A stretch of 20,000 bases of DNA, taken from an uncultured virus (IMG/VR IMGVR_UViG_3300048832_000103). Its lineage: Duplodnaviria; Heunggongvirae; Uroviricota; Caudoviricetes. Below, in pieces: positions 1 to 8,189 of the stretch. A model generated the notes under the pieces. The model ran no database searches and had not been told where the DNA came from. It worked only from the letters and a program-made list of their open reading frames with translations. Position 1 is the first letter of the stretch. Every line of letters starts with the position of its first letter. Where the stretch lies: the IMG/VR virus record IMGVR_UViG_3300048832_000103; one strand, 5' to 3'. The position numbers and the translations under genes are program-made.

Positions 1-267
1 CTCGAGCACTGGCTCTGCCGGAATAGCTGGAATCGGTTCCTCACGAGCTTTGAAGCACTCGTCGCAATAGTCCGTGCGCGAGCCGTCCGAGTTACGCCCA
101 CCTTGCCAGCCAGGCGCAGGCAGACCGTCGAGGAACCATATCGACGGGATAGGCCCCTTCCACTGAGGGTCGTATACTGTATGCTCAATACCGCATAGGT
201 CGCACTTGATGTGCGGCTTGCCGGGAACGCCGTTCAGTCTATCGTCTAAACCGCAGTGGTAACTCAT
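1..267 (-). CDS. Hypothetical Zn-finger-like protein (3' end outside window)
   Basis: Translated by hand from ATG at 267: MSYHCGLDDRLNGVPGKPHIKCDLCGIEH...DYCDECFKAREEPIPAIPAEPVLE. Open to the window edge; two CxxC pairs; not in the ORF track. Confidence 0.7.
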   Translation of the reverse strand, partial: MSYHCGLDDRLNGVPGKPHIKCDLCGIEHTVYDPQWKGPIPSIWFLDGLPAPGWQGGRNSDGSRTDYCDECFKAREEPIPAIPAEPVLE

Positions 268-545
268 GAAAAGTCTTATCCGCTTTCCGGTCCGCTTCGA
301 CCTCTTCAGGCGTGGGTACTCGATTCTCTCGCTGATAGGTGTTGAAGCCGCAGCAACACCCTTCGCCGGCACTTAGCGTTTTCGCACGAGCAGGGCTCCT
401 CGCAATTATGTGGCAGCGCCAGCGCTCGCCGTTCCAAAATAGGTGTTTGCAATACGTTATAGGGTCAAACTCCCCATAACCGCACGGCCCTTTGCGACAA
501 CAATAATCAACCGCACCCGATGCAAGGTCTATTCAACTCTCGCAT
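239..545 (-). pseudogene. Frameshifted Cys-rich protein (CxxCGxCC-type metal-binding hypothetical)
   Basis: ATG at 545, downstream of a purine-rich tract, reads MRELNRPCIGCG then TGA (509-507). The +1 frame continues YCCRKGPCGYGEFDPITYCKHLFWNGERWRCH...GEGCCCGFN... to TAG at 241-239 and has no start codon upstream of the Cys motif. Confidence 0.6.
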
Positions 546-570
546 ACGGGTGCAATTTCCTTTCTCTTTA

Positions 571-1353
571 TTAGTCAATTAAAAACCCATACTTTCTTGC
601 CAGTCTAGGCCCATCACTACTATATAGCGCTTTCCAAAGAAGGCGAACACTATTACCACCAAACTGAACGATATGGAATTTACTTTTACGTGTTAAACTG
701 CCAACTTCCCGAAACGTTCGCCAGCACCAGTCCCGAAATCCGTCAATTACAGTGGGATGCTTTGCTATTTTGGCGCATAAACCGCCATTTTTCCTTCTAT
801 GAAAACACCCATCTCCATCAAACAAACCCCGATAATAATGACACTCTAAATCCTCTCTCAAACATATCCGCTGTGCCTTATATGTTTTCCGTGGGACAAC
901 CCCCCACAACAAAAGCTGACTAGCGATATCGGGTGCCGTTACGCGAAGCGATATCATTTCTGATACTAATCCAGATTTTCGACGACAACTTCTCGGTATA
1001 ACTGGCCCAGTATATTGTATAAACGATGCTAATCCGTCAACAAGCTCTCTGTCCTTACTATGCAATTCGAGAGATACTAACCCTCTATCAGACACGCTTC
1101 CATCCGCCGCAAGAAGACCTGCCCAGTACGCTGTTACAGGTTCGAAATGTTCAAACGCATCATGCCTATAAGTGTATTTTCTATTTCTATCAGAAATTGT
1201 TCTTCTTTCAACACCAGCTTTTTCTAACCATTTCCTGATAGTCTCGCCACTTACGCCAAAATCTCGCGCAATCCTTGAACAATGCTCTCCACGCTCATAC
1301 CTTTGTATGATTTCTTGTACGTTAGTAAGCTCAAACTCGGACGACGAAATCAT
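571..1353 (-). CDS. Free-standing LAGLIDADG homing endonuclease with N-terminal HTH
   Basis: Two LAGLIDADG-type helices, AYWAGLLAADGSV and YYRGLFDGDGCF; N-terminal HTH (IARDFGVSGETIRKWL); C-terminal LARK. Lower GC than neighbours. Confidence 0.85.
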   Translation of the reverse strand: MISSSEFELTNVQEIIQRYERGEHCSRIARDFGVSGETIRKWLEKAGVERRTISDRNRKYTYRHDAFEHFEPVTAYWAGLLAADGSVSDRGLVSLELHSKDRELVDGLASFIQYTGPVIPRSCRRKSGLVSEMISLRVTAPDIASQLLLWGVVPRKTYKAQRICLREDLECHYYRGLFDGDGCFHRRKNGGLCAKIAKHPTVIDGFRDWCWRTFREVGSLTRKSKFHIVQFGGNSVRLLWKALYSSDGPRLARKYGFLID

Positions 1354-1598
1354 TACTTCTTAACCTTTTTGTTGACCGACTCCCAACCAGAGCAAATACC
1401 AGACCCGCAAGTGTAAACGATAACCTCTCGAGGGAAAAACTCGTTCGGGTCATAGTGGCTTCTAAGCTCGCACTTCCAATAGTGACCTTTGTAGCCGAAA
1501 TCCATCAAAACCGTGCCGCTGTGCTCGTCTTCGCTTATATGCTTACAGCTTTCGCAGGTCTTGCCTCTCGGGTGTAAAACGTCAACGGCCATGGTCAA
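1353..1598 (-). CDS. Small Cys-rich hypothetical protein
   Basis: 81 aa with CESCKH...C...C...C; overlaps both neighbouring genes by 1-4 nt. Confidence 0.65.
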   Translation of the reverse strand: MTMAVDVLHPRGKTCESCKHISEDEHSGTVLMDFGYKGHYWKCELRSHYDPNEFFPREVIVYTCGSGICSGWESVNKKVKK

Positions 1599-1906
1599 TC
1601 GTCCTTCACAGTCCCAAAGATTCGGTATGACTCGATCTCGGTAGCCTTGTCCTTGAAAGGCCCTTCGACCATCGCGTCAGGAATGAACGTCAAGGCCTCG
1701 GCAACCTGATCGCCGAGCTGCGTCGAAACCTGCACGAGCACCCCGCGACCTTCGATGTTCATGGCCTTTGTTGATTTCATCCACTGGTGCTGATCAGAAA
1801 AAACTTTTGAGATGAGCTTCCAGAGGTCTGGATTGCCAATTATTTTTACAGTGCTATCTAGCTCCTTGGCGTCATTGGTGTTTTTTGCGTTCACTTGCTT
1901 TACCAT
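1595..1906 (-). CDS. Conserved phage hypothetical protein
   Basis: 103 aa with AAGGAG RBS. WMKSTKAM...VQVSTQ...VAEALTFIP resembles a phage hypothetical family I recall (not searched). Confidence 0.75.
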   Translation of the reverse strand: MVKQVNAKNTNDAKELDSTVKIIGNPDLWKLISKVFSDQHQWMKSTKAMNIEGRGVLVQVSTQLGDQVAEALTFIPDAMVEGPFKDKATEIESYRIFGTVKDD

Positions 1907-1909
1907 TGG

Positions 1910-2965
1910 TCACTCCTTTATGTGTTCTATCTGCAAAGCGCATGCTCCACAGGTTGTGCAGGCGCCGTAAATCCCAGCCTCTTCAGGCAGGTCGATCACG
2001 GTGTCAAGAATCCACGACGAGCCCTGTGGGCAGGCACAGCGCCACGCTAAGAGCGGCCGCGAAGACCTCGAGATCAAGAGGAGCTGTTCCTTGTCGCGGA
2101 AGAACTTGACCACGAATCTATCGAAAACAGATTCGCCCGGTAGCAAGAGCAACCGCACCGCGGCATGACCTTCCCCACGGGCAATCAGGCGCATGTAGAC
2201 CGGAACTCTGCTCAAATCTCCCCAAATCGAGCCTTGAGCTCCAGGCCGAGCGCTCCCACGGGTATCCTCGGCAAGCTCAAAGAGCGCTTGATACTCGCCA
2301 ACTTGCTCCATGGGGAGAATCTCCGCGAGGAGCTCGAGGTCGACGGGCAACCGCTCGACGAGCAGGCGCTCTTCCTGCCATTGTCGCTGAGCGGCCTGGG
2401 CCTTGCCGGCCGGTGTCCAGCCGCCCTTGTCCCGGCGAATCTCCCCTCGAGGTACTTCGGGCAGGGGCTCGACGGCGCCGAAGGCTAGAGCGGCCTCGCA
2501 TTCGTCCTTGCCACAGCTCTTTGGTGGCACGGCCACGCCGCCCGTTCCATAGAAGAACTTCTTCGCAGGGATGAGCTCTTGGCAGACCGGGCAAAGCACC
2601 TCGGGCGCAACCACTCGAGGTCGGTGCGCGGGCTTGATGGGCTCGTTCACGCGGCCAAGCTCCACGACGAGCTTTTTCGCGTCGCAATGGAAGTGAGCGG
2701 CAAGAGCCTCGAGGCTTTCCCCATCGCGATACCTCTGAACAAGCTCGACGAGCTGGTCTGGCGTGAACTGGTACTTGTTGGGTGGAGGTCGGCGTATTGG
2801 CCTATCAGGGCTCCCAGTGATGCCGAGCTCGCGACAGACGACCTTGACCACGGTAGACCAGACCACACCAGTCTTGCGGGCAATGTCCGGGCCGGTGTGA
2901 CCCGTCTCGTACAGTTCAACGATTTCGTCGATTTGCTCGCGTGTTAAGTGAACTCCACTAGGCAT
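1910..2965 (-). CDS. Double-HTH / Zn-finger DNA-binding protein
   Basis: 351 aa with two HTH-like repeats (EIVELYETGHTGPDIARKTGV; ELVQRYRDGESLEALAAHF) and Cys clusters CPVC, CGKDEC, CAC, CTTC. Confidence 0.7.
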   Translation of the reverse strand: MPSGVHLTREQIDEIVELYETGHTGPDIARKTGVVWSTVVKVVCRELGITGSPDRPIRRPPPNKYQFTPDQLVELVQRYRDGESLEALAAHFHCDAKKLVVELGRVNEPIKPAHRPRVVAPEVLCPVCQELIPAKKFFYGTGGVAVPPKSCGKDECEAALAFGAVEPLPEVPRGEIRRDKGGWTPAGKAQAAQRQWQEERLLVERLPVDLELLAEILPMEQVGEYQALFELAEDTRGSARPGAQGSIWGDLSRVPVYMRLIARGEGHAAVRLLLLPGESVFDRFVVKFFRDKEQLLLISRSSRPLLAWRCACPQGSSWILDTVIDLPEEAGIYGACTTCGACALQIEHIKE

Positions 2966-3240
2966 TAGCGCTTGATCCTTATTGATTCCTTGACGGTGTC
3001 AAGGAGCTGTGACTCGACACACGAGCCGAGGCATGCTTGCAAGGTTGCCGAGCAGCTCTTATTTACGATTTCGATTTCGGCTATATGTTCCTTGAGAGCT
3101 TTTATTTCCGCTTCGAGGGTTTGAATTTTCTTAAGCTTTTCGTCGCCTTTGATAGCGGAAACCATTGTTAGGAACATTAGTGCTGCAACCGCCAGCATAT
3201 AAAAGATTGCTACCATACGCCCGTTCGAAAAATTTATCAT
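2965..3240 (-). CDS. Small membrane-anchored coiled-coil protein
   Basis: Hydrophobic N-terminal segment MVAIFYMLAVAALMFLTMVSAI followed by a heptad-like helix. ATG 3240 preferred over GTG 3279. Confidence 0.65.
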   Translation of the reverse strand: MINFSNGRMVAIFYMLAVAALMFLTMVSAIKGDEKLKKIQTLEAEIKALKEHIAEIEIVNKSCSATLQACLGSCVESQLLDTVKESIRIKR

Positions 3241-3269
3241 TTTTTCGCCTTTTTTAGCTCGCGAGCCTT

Positions 3270-3320
3270 TCCCTATCACGACAAATAGGTATTTGTCAAG
3301 AGGCGGTTTACATTGTAAAC
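3270..3320 (-). promoter_or_regulatory. Putative promoter with two palindromic operator-like sites
   Basis: TTGACA on the minus strand at 3299-3294 overlaps the palindrome GACAAATA-GG-TATTTGTC (3280-3297). A second palindrome GTTTACA-T-TGTAAAC lies at 3306-3320. The -10 element is weak. Confidence 0.5.
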
Positions 3321-3429
3321 AGCAAAAAAGCGTGTGAACGCTAATCGAGCGTTTGGCTCAAAATTCGCGAAAAAGGGGGTTTGGTTGTTTTGAACGCGCT
3401 TTGACCAGGTTTTTGGGGAGCTTGACCGA

Positions 3430-3690
3430 CTAGTCGGGAAGGCATGCTAAACGACGTACTTGAGAATAAGCCCAGTTAAAAAGCTGTGGTTTGGTAATAT
3501 TGGTTGGCATACGCTCAGTAATGCCAAGCTCATAACCGGCAGGACAATCCTGAGCAAACACAATCGAACCACGTTTGAAGTAAAGGTACAAAGAAATAAC
3601 ACCGGCATGCTGGCAAGCGATAACAAATGCCTCATTCACCGCTTTACTCGTTTCTTCAATTAGCCACTTTTCACTTTCTTGATGATTCAT
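3430..3690 (-). CDS. Hypothetical protein (early region)
   Basis: 86-aa ORF, ATGA-coupled to the upstream gene. Confidence 0.7.
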   Translation of the reverse strand: MNHQESEKWLIEETSKAVNEAFVIACQHAGVISLYLYFKRGSIVFAQDCPAGYELGITERMPTNITKPQLFNWAYSQVRRLACLPD

Positions 3691-4025
3691 GACAACGCCC
3701 CTTTCAGTATCGCGGAAACAATCCGCTTGTCTTCGGCCGTAGCATTGCGCAGCTTTTCGGCCAGTAACTCGGACAGTTCTGCCACTTCCGGATCGAGGTT
3801 ATTCTCTAGCATCGCATGGACCTTTTCAGTAGCGGTCAAAATAGCGTTCCCTGCTACGTAGCAGATTTCGTCTCGGTAGCGCGTTAACATTCCTTCAAGT
3901 AGCTCATGCTTAGTCTTAGGGAACCCGTGAAAATCGGGATAGTCCACTTCGCTAGCGGCTAGGTCGATGTCTTCGCACGCCATTTCCAGCGCTCCACGTA
4001 CTATGTGATCTTTTAGTAGCGTCAT
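3687..4025 (-). CDS. Hypothetical protein (early region)
   Basis: 112-aa ORF with ATGA overlaps at both ends and a purine-rich RBS. Confidence 0.75.
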   Translation of the reverse strand: MTLLKDHIVRGALEMACEDIDLAASEVDYPDFHGFPKTKHELLEGMLTRYRDEICYVAGNAILTATEKVHAMLENNLDPEVAELSELLAEKLRNATAEDKRIVSAILKGALS

Positions 4026-4375
4026 TGTCCGTCCCTTTCCATGCAGAAATGATCAATAATTTGCCACGGCACAAGCTCAATATGCACAGAATATTCATCA
4101 AAGTTTTCGGTTTCACTTTGATGCTTCATAGTCCAAACGCTAATCCTGCCACTTGATACAGAATAAAAGCTTTGACCAGGCGCAAACGCGCTAGCTAATC
4201 TCAAAACCTGCAAAAAAATATCGTTGACACTAGGAACATGCATACCGTGGTTGCTAGTCCATTGCCAGTTATTCGCCTCGAAAATTGGCTGAACTTTTTC
4301 AGCAAACTCATACGCTCTGCTTTTGATTGTCTCGCACGTTCTATTTAATTCTTCCTGGTCCATTGGTTTAGTCAT
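4022..4375 (-). CDS. Hypothetical protein (early region)
   Basis: 117-aa ORF with GAGGA RBS, coupled to neighbours. Confidence 0.75.
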   Translation of the reverse strand: MTKPMDQEELNRTCETIKSRAYEFAEKVQPIFEANNWQWTSNHGMHVPSVNDIFLQVLRLASAFAPGQSFYSVSSGRISVWTMKHQSETENFDEYSVHIELVPWQIIDHFCMERDGQ

Positions 4376-4535
4376 TTTCCTCTATCCTTTCGTTGTCTCG
4401 TTCTATCATTCGTCGTTCTGCCTCTAATTCAAGTTCCTCGCACAATCGAGCGCGAAAATAGCTCCATTCCTGGGAATAGCTCATTCCTCGAGTATGTTCC
4501 AAAATATCTTTGTTCAATGGGTATTTAACTTTCAT
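4368..4535 (-). CDS. Small charged hypothetical protein
   Basis: ORF track 4368-4553. ATG 4535 preferred because GAGGTG lies upstream. Confidence 0.6.
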   Translation of the reverse strand: MKVKYPLNKDILEHTRGMSYSQEWSYFRARLCEELELEAERRMIERDNERIEEND

Positions 4536-4542
4536 CGGTTTT

Positions 4543-4752
4543 TCACCTCTCATTCCACAATTCAGGATCGCCGTCTAATTCCCAGTATGCGCAAACCCAA
4601 TGACCAGCATCGACCATACGATGGTCTGTTTTTGTGCATACCGCGAATTTCATGGGCGGAGTCAATGAATGGATACAATTTGCACAGCTAGCACGTTGCC
4701 CGAATTTTTTTAGAATTGCTTGTCCCACTTTCGACAGTCTATCTACTTCCAT
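4543..4752 (-). CDS. Small Cys-rich hypothetical protein
   Basis: 69 aa with CANCIH...C...C; AAAGGGA RBS. Confidence 0.7.
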   Translation of the reverse strand: MEVDRLSKVGQAILKKFGQRASCANCIHSLTPPMKFAVCTKTDHRMVDAGHWVCAYWELDGDPELWNER

Positions 4753-4775
4753 TGTTTTTCCCTTTCATTTAAAAT

Positions 4776-4985
4776 TCACGGCCACTGGTCCAAACCCGTC
4801 AAATCCCTAGCGAATTCCTTTTTTCCTTCTTTGGTCAACCGAGAAAGAATTTTATCACATATCCGATAAAAAAGAACCATATCAGATTCGAATTCACGAG
4901 TCAGTGTTTCAATCAATAACTCCCTGTCATTGATTTTGGCATACTTGTCTCTAATTGCCTTTTCTCGTTCTAATTCAGTGTTCAT
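4776..4985 (-). CDS. Hypothetical protein (early region)
   Basis: 69-aa ORF preceded by the purine-rich RBS GGAAAGGGAA. Confidence 0.7.
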   Translation of the reverse strand: MNTELEREKAIRDKYAKINDRELLIETLTREFESDMVLFYRICDKILSRLTKEGKKEFARDLTGLDQWP

Positions 4986-5031
4986 TTGTTATTCCCTTTC
5001 CCTTTCGTTTTTTTCGTTTCTCGATCTCGCT

Positions 5032-5057
5032 TCACTGCCCAAGTATTTGGGCAGTGA
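5032..5057. other. Intergenic perfect hairpin
   Basis: TCACTGCCCAA-GTAT-TTGGGCAGTGA, an 11-bp stem. No U-tract follows on either strand. Confidence 0.7.
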
Positions 5058-5064
5058 TACCAGA

Positions 5065-5436
5065 TCAAGAAGCGTACTCGAATCGAGCACAAAACACTGT
5101 CTCACCATCCTTAATGTCATGAACGTCTAAATTGATTTGTTCACATTCATCGGAATCGGTAAACGCTAGTTGTTCCTCGGTATATTCATCGAAATATGTC
5201 GAATCGGTATCTCCCGGTTTAAGAGTTAAAAAACCTAGAAGTGAAAGCAAACATTCATCGGAATCAATAGCAACGCGAGCTGAGCAATAAAAGTCACGGC
5301 CAGCGAATAAAATGGACCCGTCCGAATTACAAAATTCATATCGTAGCATTGACTTATTGTCCCTAACTTGATACGTATCCCATAACTCTAAGGTCATTCC
5401 CGTTTCGATATGCCTTACTTTCCTTAGCTTTTCCAT
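5065..5436 (-). CDS. Acidic phage hypothetical protein, first gene of leftward early unit
   Basis: 123 aa; motif AIDSDECLLSLLGFLTLKPGDTDSTYFDEYTEEQLAF; RBS AAGAAAGAGG. Confidence 0.8.
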   Translation of the reverse strand: MEKLRKVRHIETGMTLELWDTYQVRDNKSMLRYEFCNSDGSILFAGRDFYCSARVAIDSDECLLSLLGFLTLKPGDTDSTYFDEYTEEQLAFTDSDECEQINLDVHDIKDGETVFCARFEYAS

Positions 5437-5748
5437 TTCTTTGCCTCTTTCTTTCTCAAAATCGCCGTTTTTGTTTCCCGCAAAAACGGTTACTATATAT
5501 GAGACATAATATAACCCAAAAAATTCACAAAAAATAGTAAAAAAGTATATCTCACAATATACTGTGACAATTTTGACATACTAAACAACGTTTCAGTGAT
5601 AGTATTTCACAAGTTTAGATATACTGTAATAAAAAATAGTTAGGGATATTCTTTTTTGTTGAATTTTATCAGATTCGGGATAGTCTCAATAATGGAAACA
5701 GTAGTTTCGGGAAACGTGGGAATGTTTCCCCCAAGAAAGAGGCACAAC
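5437..5748. promoter_or_regulatory. AT-rich divergent promoter/control region
   Basis: Genes diverge from here. Contains TTGAAT-16-TAGTCT (5659-5686, +), TTGACA (5573-5578), extended -10 TGnTAGTAT (5597-5605), palindrome TCACA-N6-TGTGA (5552-5567) and leader hairpins at 5465-5489 and 5709-5730. Confidence 0.75.
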
Positions 5749-6096
5749 ATGAGGGAAAAGAAGAAAGAGGAAATCAAAAACCTAGACGATCTGATCAGAT
5801 CAGAGGGTTTTTCCGCGTTCGATGCAGATCGGCGTGGAAATCAAATGTTCCTCGACGATCCTGAACGAGCTGATCGCTGCTATGACGCGGCAGAAAATGG
5901 GTCAGACGGATCGACTCATGCCGAAATAATCCAAGACTGGCGCGATTATCTCGGAACTTTGCGAGTAATTGATCCTGAATTCCCGGAAGAAAACGGCGAC
6001 ATTACCGAAACGGTGCTCGATCTAATCGTTTCGGAAATTGACGCATGCGAAGAATGGCACGCGAAAAACGGATCGCTACATAAACAGCTCGGATGA
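5749..6096 (+). CDS. Small highly acidic protein, first gene of rightward early unit
   Basis: ATG 5749 follows AAGAAAGAGG (the track's TTG 5656 lies in the promoter). 115 aa with about 29 D/E by hand count. Confidence 0.8.
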   Translation: MREKKKEEIKNLDDLIRSEGFSAFDADRRGNQMFLDDPERADRCYDAAENGSDGSTHAEIIQDWRDYLGTLRVIDPEFPEENGDITETVLDLIVSEIDACEEWHAKNGSLHKQLG

Positions 6097-6111
6097 AAAG
6101 GACGACACAAA

Positions 6112-6729
6112 ATGAAAACATTGACCCGCGAATTTTACATAGCGAAAAACAGCAAAATAGTAGCATCGCCAGACATACCGCAAGAAAAGGCGGTATGTTA
6201 CATAATCGAACAAAATGGTAAAGCTCTAGTTCAGTTTTTTGTCGGCAAACAATCAAAACCGTCAAAATATTTGGCATATCGTGACTTAAACAGCGCGACA
6301 AAGGCAATTGAGGCGTTTTATCAAAACATGCTTGATGTTATTGAATATAAAGAACGGCAAAAACAGGAACAAAAACAAGCAAAGATAAATGCAAAAGCCA
6401 ATTTCGCGGGTGTTCCTGGGTCTGTTTTTGTTGCGTCATGGGGTTATGAACAAACGAACGTCGATGCATATCAAATGACTCGGCGCATCAATAACCAAAC
6501 AATCGAAGTGGTTGAAATTGGATTTGAATCTATTCCAAGGGAAGGCCTTTCTCCCATGGCCGAAAATGTTCGACCGATCCCAATATCGGCCGAAGTAGCA
6601 GCGACAAAACCCAAGCTTTTGGCCAGAATCGCGGCAGAAAACAGAATTCAGGTTACCGGAAAAAATAGTTCGGGCAATGCCGATTTATGGGACACAAAAG
6701 AGGTGTACTATCATTCGTGGTACGCATGA
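6112..6729 (+). CDS. Conserved phage early hypothetical protein (SWGYEQTN motif)
   Basis: 205 aa; AAAGGA RBS. SWGYEQTNVDAYQ resembles a recurring mobile-element hypothetical motif (recalled, not searched). Confidence 0.8.
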   Translation: MKTLTREFYIAKNSKIVASPDIPQEKAVCYIIEQNGKALVQFFVGKQSKPSKYLAYRDLNSATKAIEAFYQNMLDVIEYKERQKQEQKQAKINAKANFAGVPGSVFVASWGYEQTNVDAYQMTRRINNQTIEVVEIGFESIPREGLSPMAENVRPIPISAEVAATKPKLLARIAAENRIQVTGKNSSGNADLWDTKEVYYHSWYA

Positions 6730-6752
6730 CAGCGAACAGAAAGGAGCAAAAA

Positions 6753-6995
6753 ATGGGTAATTTGATTGGACATCAACACAAAGCAATCAAAAGCAGGCAT
6801 GTTTGCTTCATCAATTGTGTAAATCCGCACAACTGCAACGAAGTGGCTCATGGAGGTATCTGCATCATTGAAACCTGTTCGTGTAAAGCCGAGCGCTACA
6901 CAAACTCAAATCAAGGGCGTTTGGAAATAGGAAAATGGTTTGATGCAGAACCAACACAATTCGACGAAACGAGCCATTACAAATGCGTGCTATGA
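6753..6995 (+). CDS. Small Cys/His-rich hypothetical protein
   Basis: AAGGAG RBS before ATG 6753; HGGICIIETCSC...TNSN...W. Confidence 0.7.
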   Translation: MGNLIGHQHKAIKSRHVCFINCVNPHNCNEVAHGGICIIETCSCKAERYTNSNQGRLEIGKWFDAEPTQFDETSHYKCVL

Positions 6996-7008
6996 AAGGA
7001 TCAAAAAA

Positions 7009-7812
7009 ATGAAAGAGCGTAAAGTTTTCATTGAATTCGATTTCCAATCTGGCCAAATCAGTATCGGCGAGGACTGGTGTGGCAATGGTCGACCAATGCT
7101 TGAGCATAGCGGGATGATATATCGCCACGATATCGGCAAGTACCTATCAATTGGAGATCAAGAAGAAGCGGAATCCAATATTTCGGCCGAGCAACGCGCT
7201 GAATTCGCTCGACTTTGGGAAAGTGGCTTTGAAACTTATCATAATAATGGCCACATAAAAGGGCGTATAGGTGAAGAACTAGGCAATTTTATTGAGGCTT
7301 TGTGCGAAGAAATTGACGAAGATATGCGTTGTAATACCTTGCCCGGACTATTACATATTGTCGATGCTCATGACGTGCTGGACAAAGATATGGTAATATC
7401 CTACGGTTTAACTATGCTTTCGACAGACCGAGAAATTGAAAAACTGGCCGAGGAAATCGACCAAATAGGCACAAGCGATTTCCATCAAGATATGCAATAC
7501 ACTGAGCAGTGTTTGCGCGATTATCGCGTAACACTCCGCGAAAGTTACGAAGAAAAAATCGCGTGGATTGTTACCAATGATTCAAACATTTTGAAAGTTT
7601 GTGACGATTTTGACTCTGCCATAGACGCAGCGCAAGAGCTAGCCGAGGAACAAGCAACCACGGAAGAACTCGAAACCCTTGAACGTTGGGGCGATGATAT
7701 GGCCACAGGTTGGGGCGTTTGCCCCGTCAATGATACTGGCGGTTACTGGCCACAGGTTCACTGTGAATACAAAGGCAAGCGCATTGAGCGTTTACCATGG
7801 GAAAGGGGCTAA
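7009..7812 (+). CDS. Acidic hypothetical protein
   Basis: AAAGGA RBS before ATG 7009; 267 aa, D/E-rich throughout. Confidence 0.8.
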   Translation: MKERKVFIEFDFQSGQISIGEDWCGNGRPMLEHSGMIYRHDIGKYLSIGDQEEAESNISAEQRAEFARLWESGFETYHNNGHIKGRIGEELGNFIEALCEEIDEDMRCNTLPGLLHIVDAHDVLDKDMVISYGLTMLSTDREIEKLAEEIDQIGTSDFHQDMQYTEQCLRDYRVTLRESYEEKIAWIVTNDSNILKVCDDFDSAIDAAQELAEEQATTEELETLERWGDDMATGWGVCPVNDTGGYWPQVHCEYKGKRIERLPWERG

Positions 7813-7814
7813 AA

Positions 7815-8033
7815 ATGGGTAAATACAAAGTGGTAGGAGTCACGGAAGAAGACTACATGGAAATGACCGAGTCATACATGGGTTTTTGCCCGGATTGCGG
7901 TGATTTTACACGAGACACCACAGAGCCGGACGCAGAAAATTACGATTGCCCGGACTGTGAGAAAAACAACGTGGTTGGCGCTGAACAAGCGCTCTTACTG
8001 GGACTAATTGACATAACGGAAAGCGAGGAATAG
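7815..8033 (+). CDS. Acidic Zn-ribbon protein
   Basis: GFCPDCG...EPDAENYDCPDC...VVGAEQ, two CxxC pairs; AAAGGGG RBS. Confidence 0.8.
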   Translation: MGKYKVVGVTEEDYMEMTESYMGFCPDCGDFTRDTTEPDAENYDCPDCEKNNVVGAEQALLLGLIDITESEE

Positions 8034-8056
8034 CACTGGCGCAACCATGAAAAACA

Positions 8057-8171
8057 GAGCGGCAACCTTGCCGCTCGAAACGAATCATCGAACGAGCTGT
8101 GCAACTCACGCCTCTTGCTGCACGACTATTCCCACGTTCGATGGTTCGTTTCGAGTAACAAGGGAACTCGA
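8057..8171 (+). other. Structured intergenic element (21-bp stem with competing hairpins)
   Basis: 8074-8094 pairs with 8135-8155 (20 Watson-Crick pairs plus 1 U-G on +). Flanking hairpins at 8057-8076 and 8151-8171 overlap its arms. Confidence 0.65.
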
Positions 8172-8189
8172 CAACAAAAGAGGTAACCA

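Noticed and set aside
507..509. TGA as selenocysteine or genome-wide stop-codon recoding
   Set aside because: In-frame read-through gives a short non-motif peptide that stops again. TAA, TAG and TGA all act as normal stops at coupled gene junctions elsewhere.
546..1360. Group I intron or intein hosting the LAGLIDADG ORF
   Set aside because: The ORF abuts its neighbours (1-nt overlap, 25-nt gap), leaving no room for an intron core. No intein N-terminal Cys block or C-terminal His-Asn.
5032..5057. Hairpin as an intrinsic terminator
   Set aside because: No U-tract follows on the transcribed (minus) strand; kept only as an unassigned hairpin.
5622..5641. LexA/SOS box-like TACTGT-N8-ATAGT
   Set aside because: The right half-site lacks the conserved CAG, and the AT-rich context makes a chance match likely.
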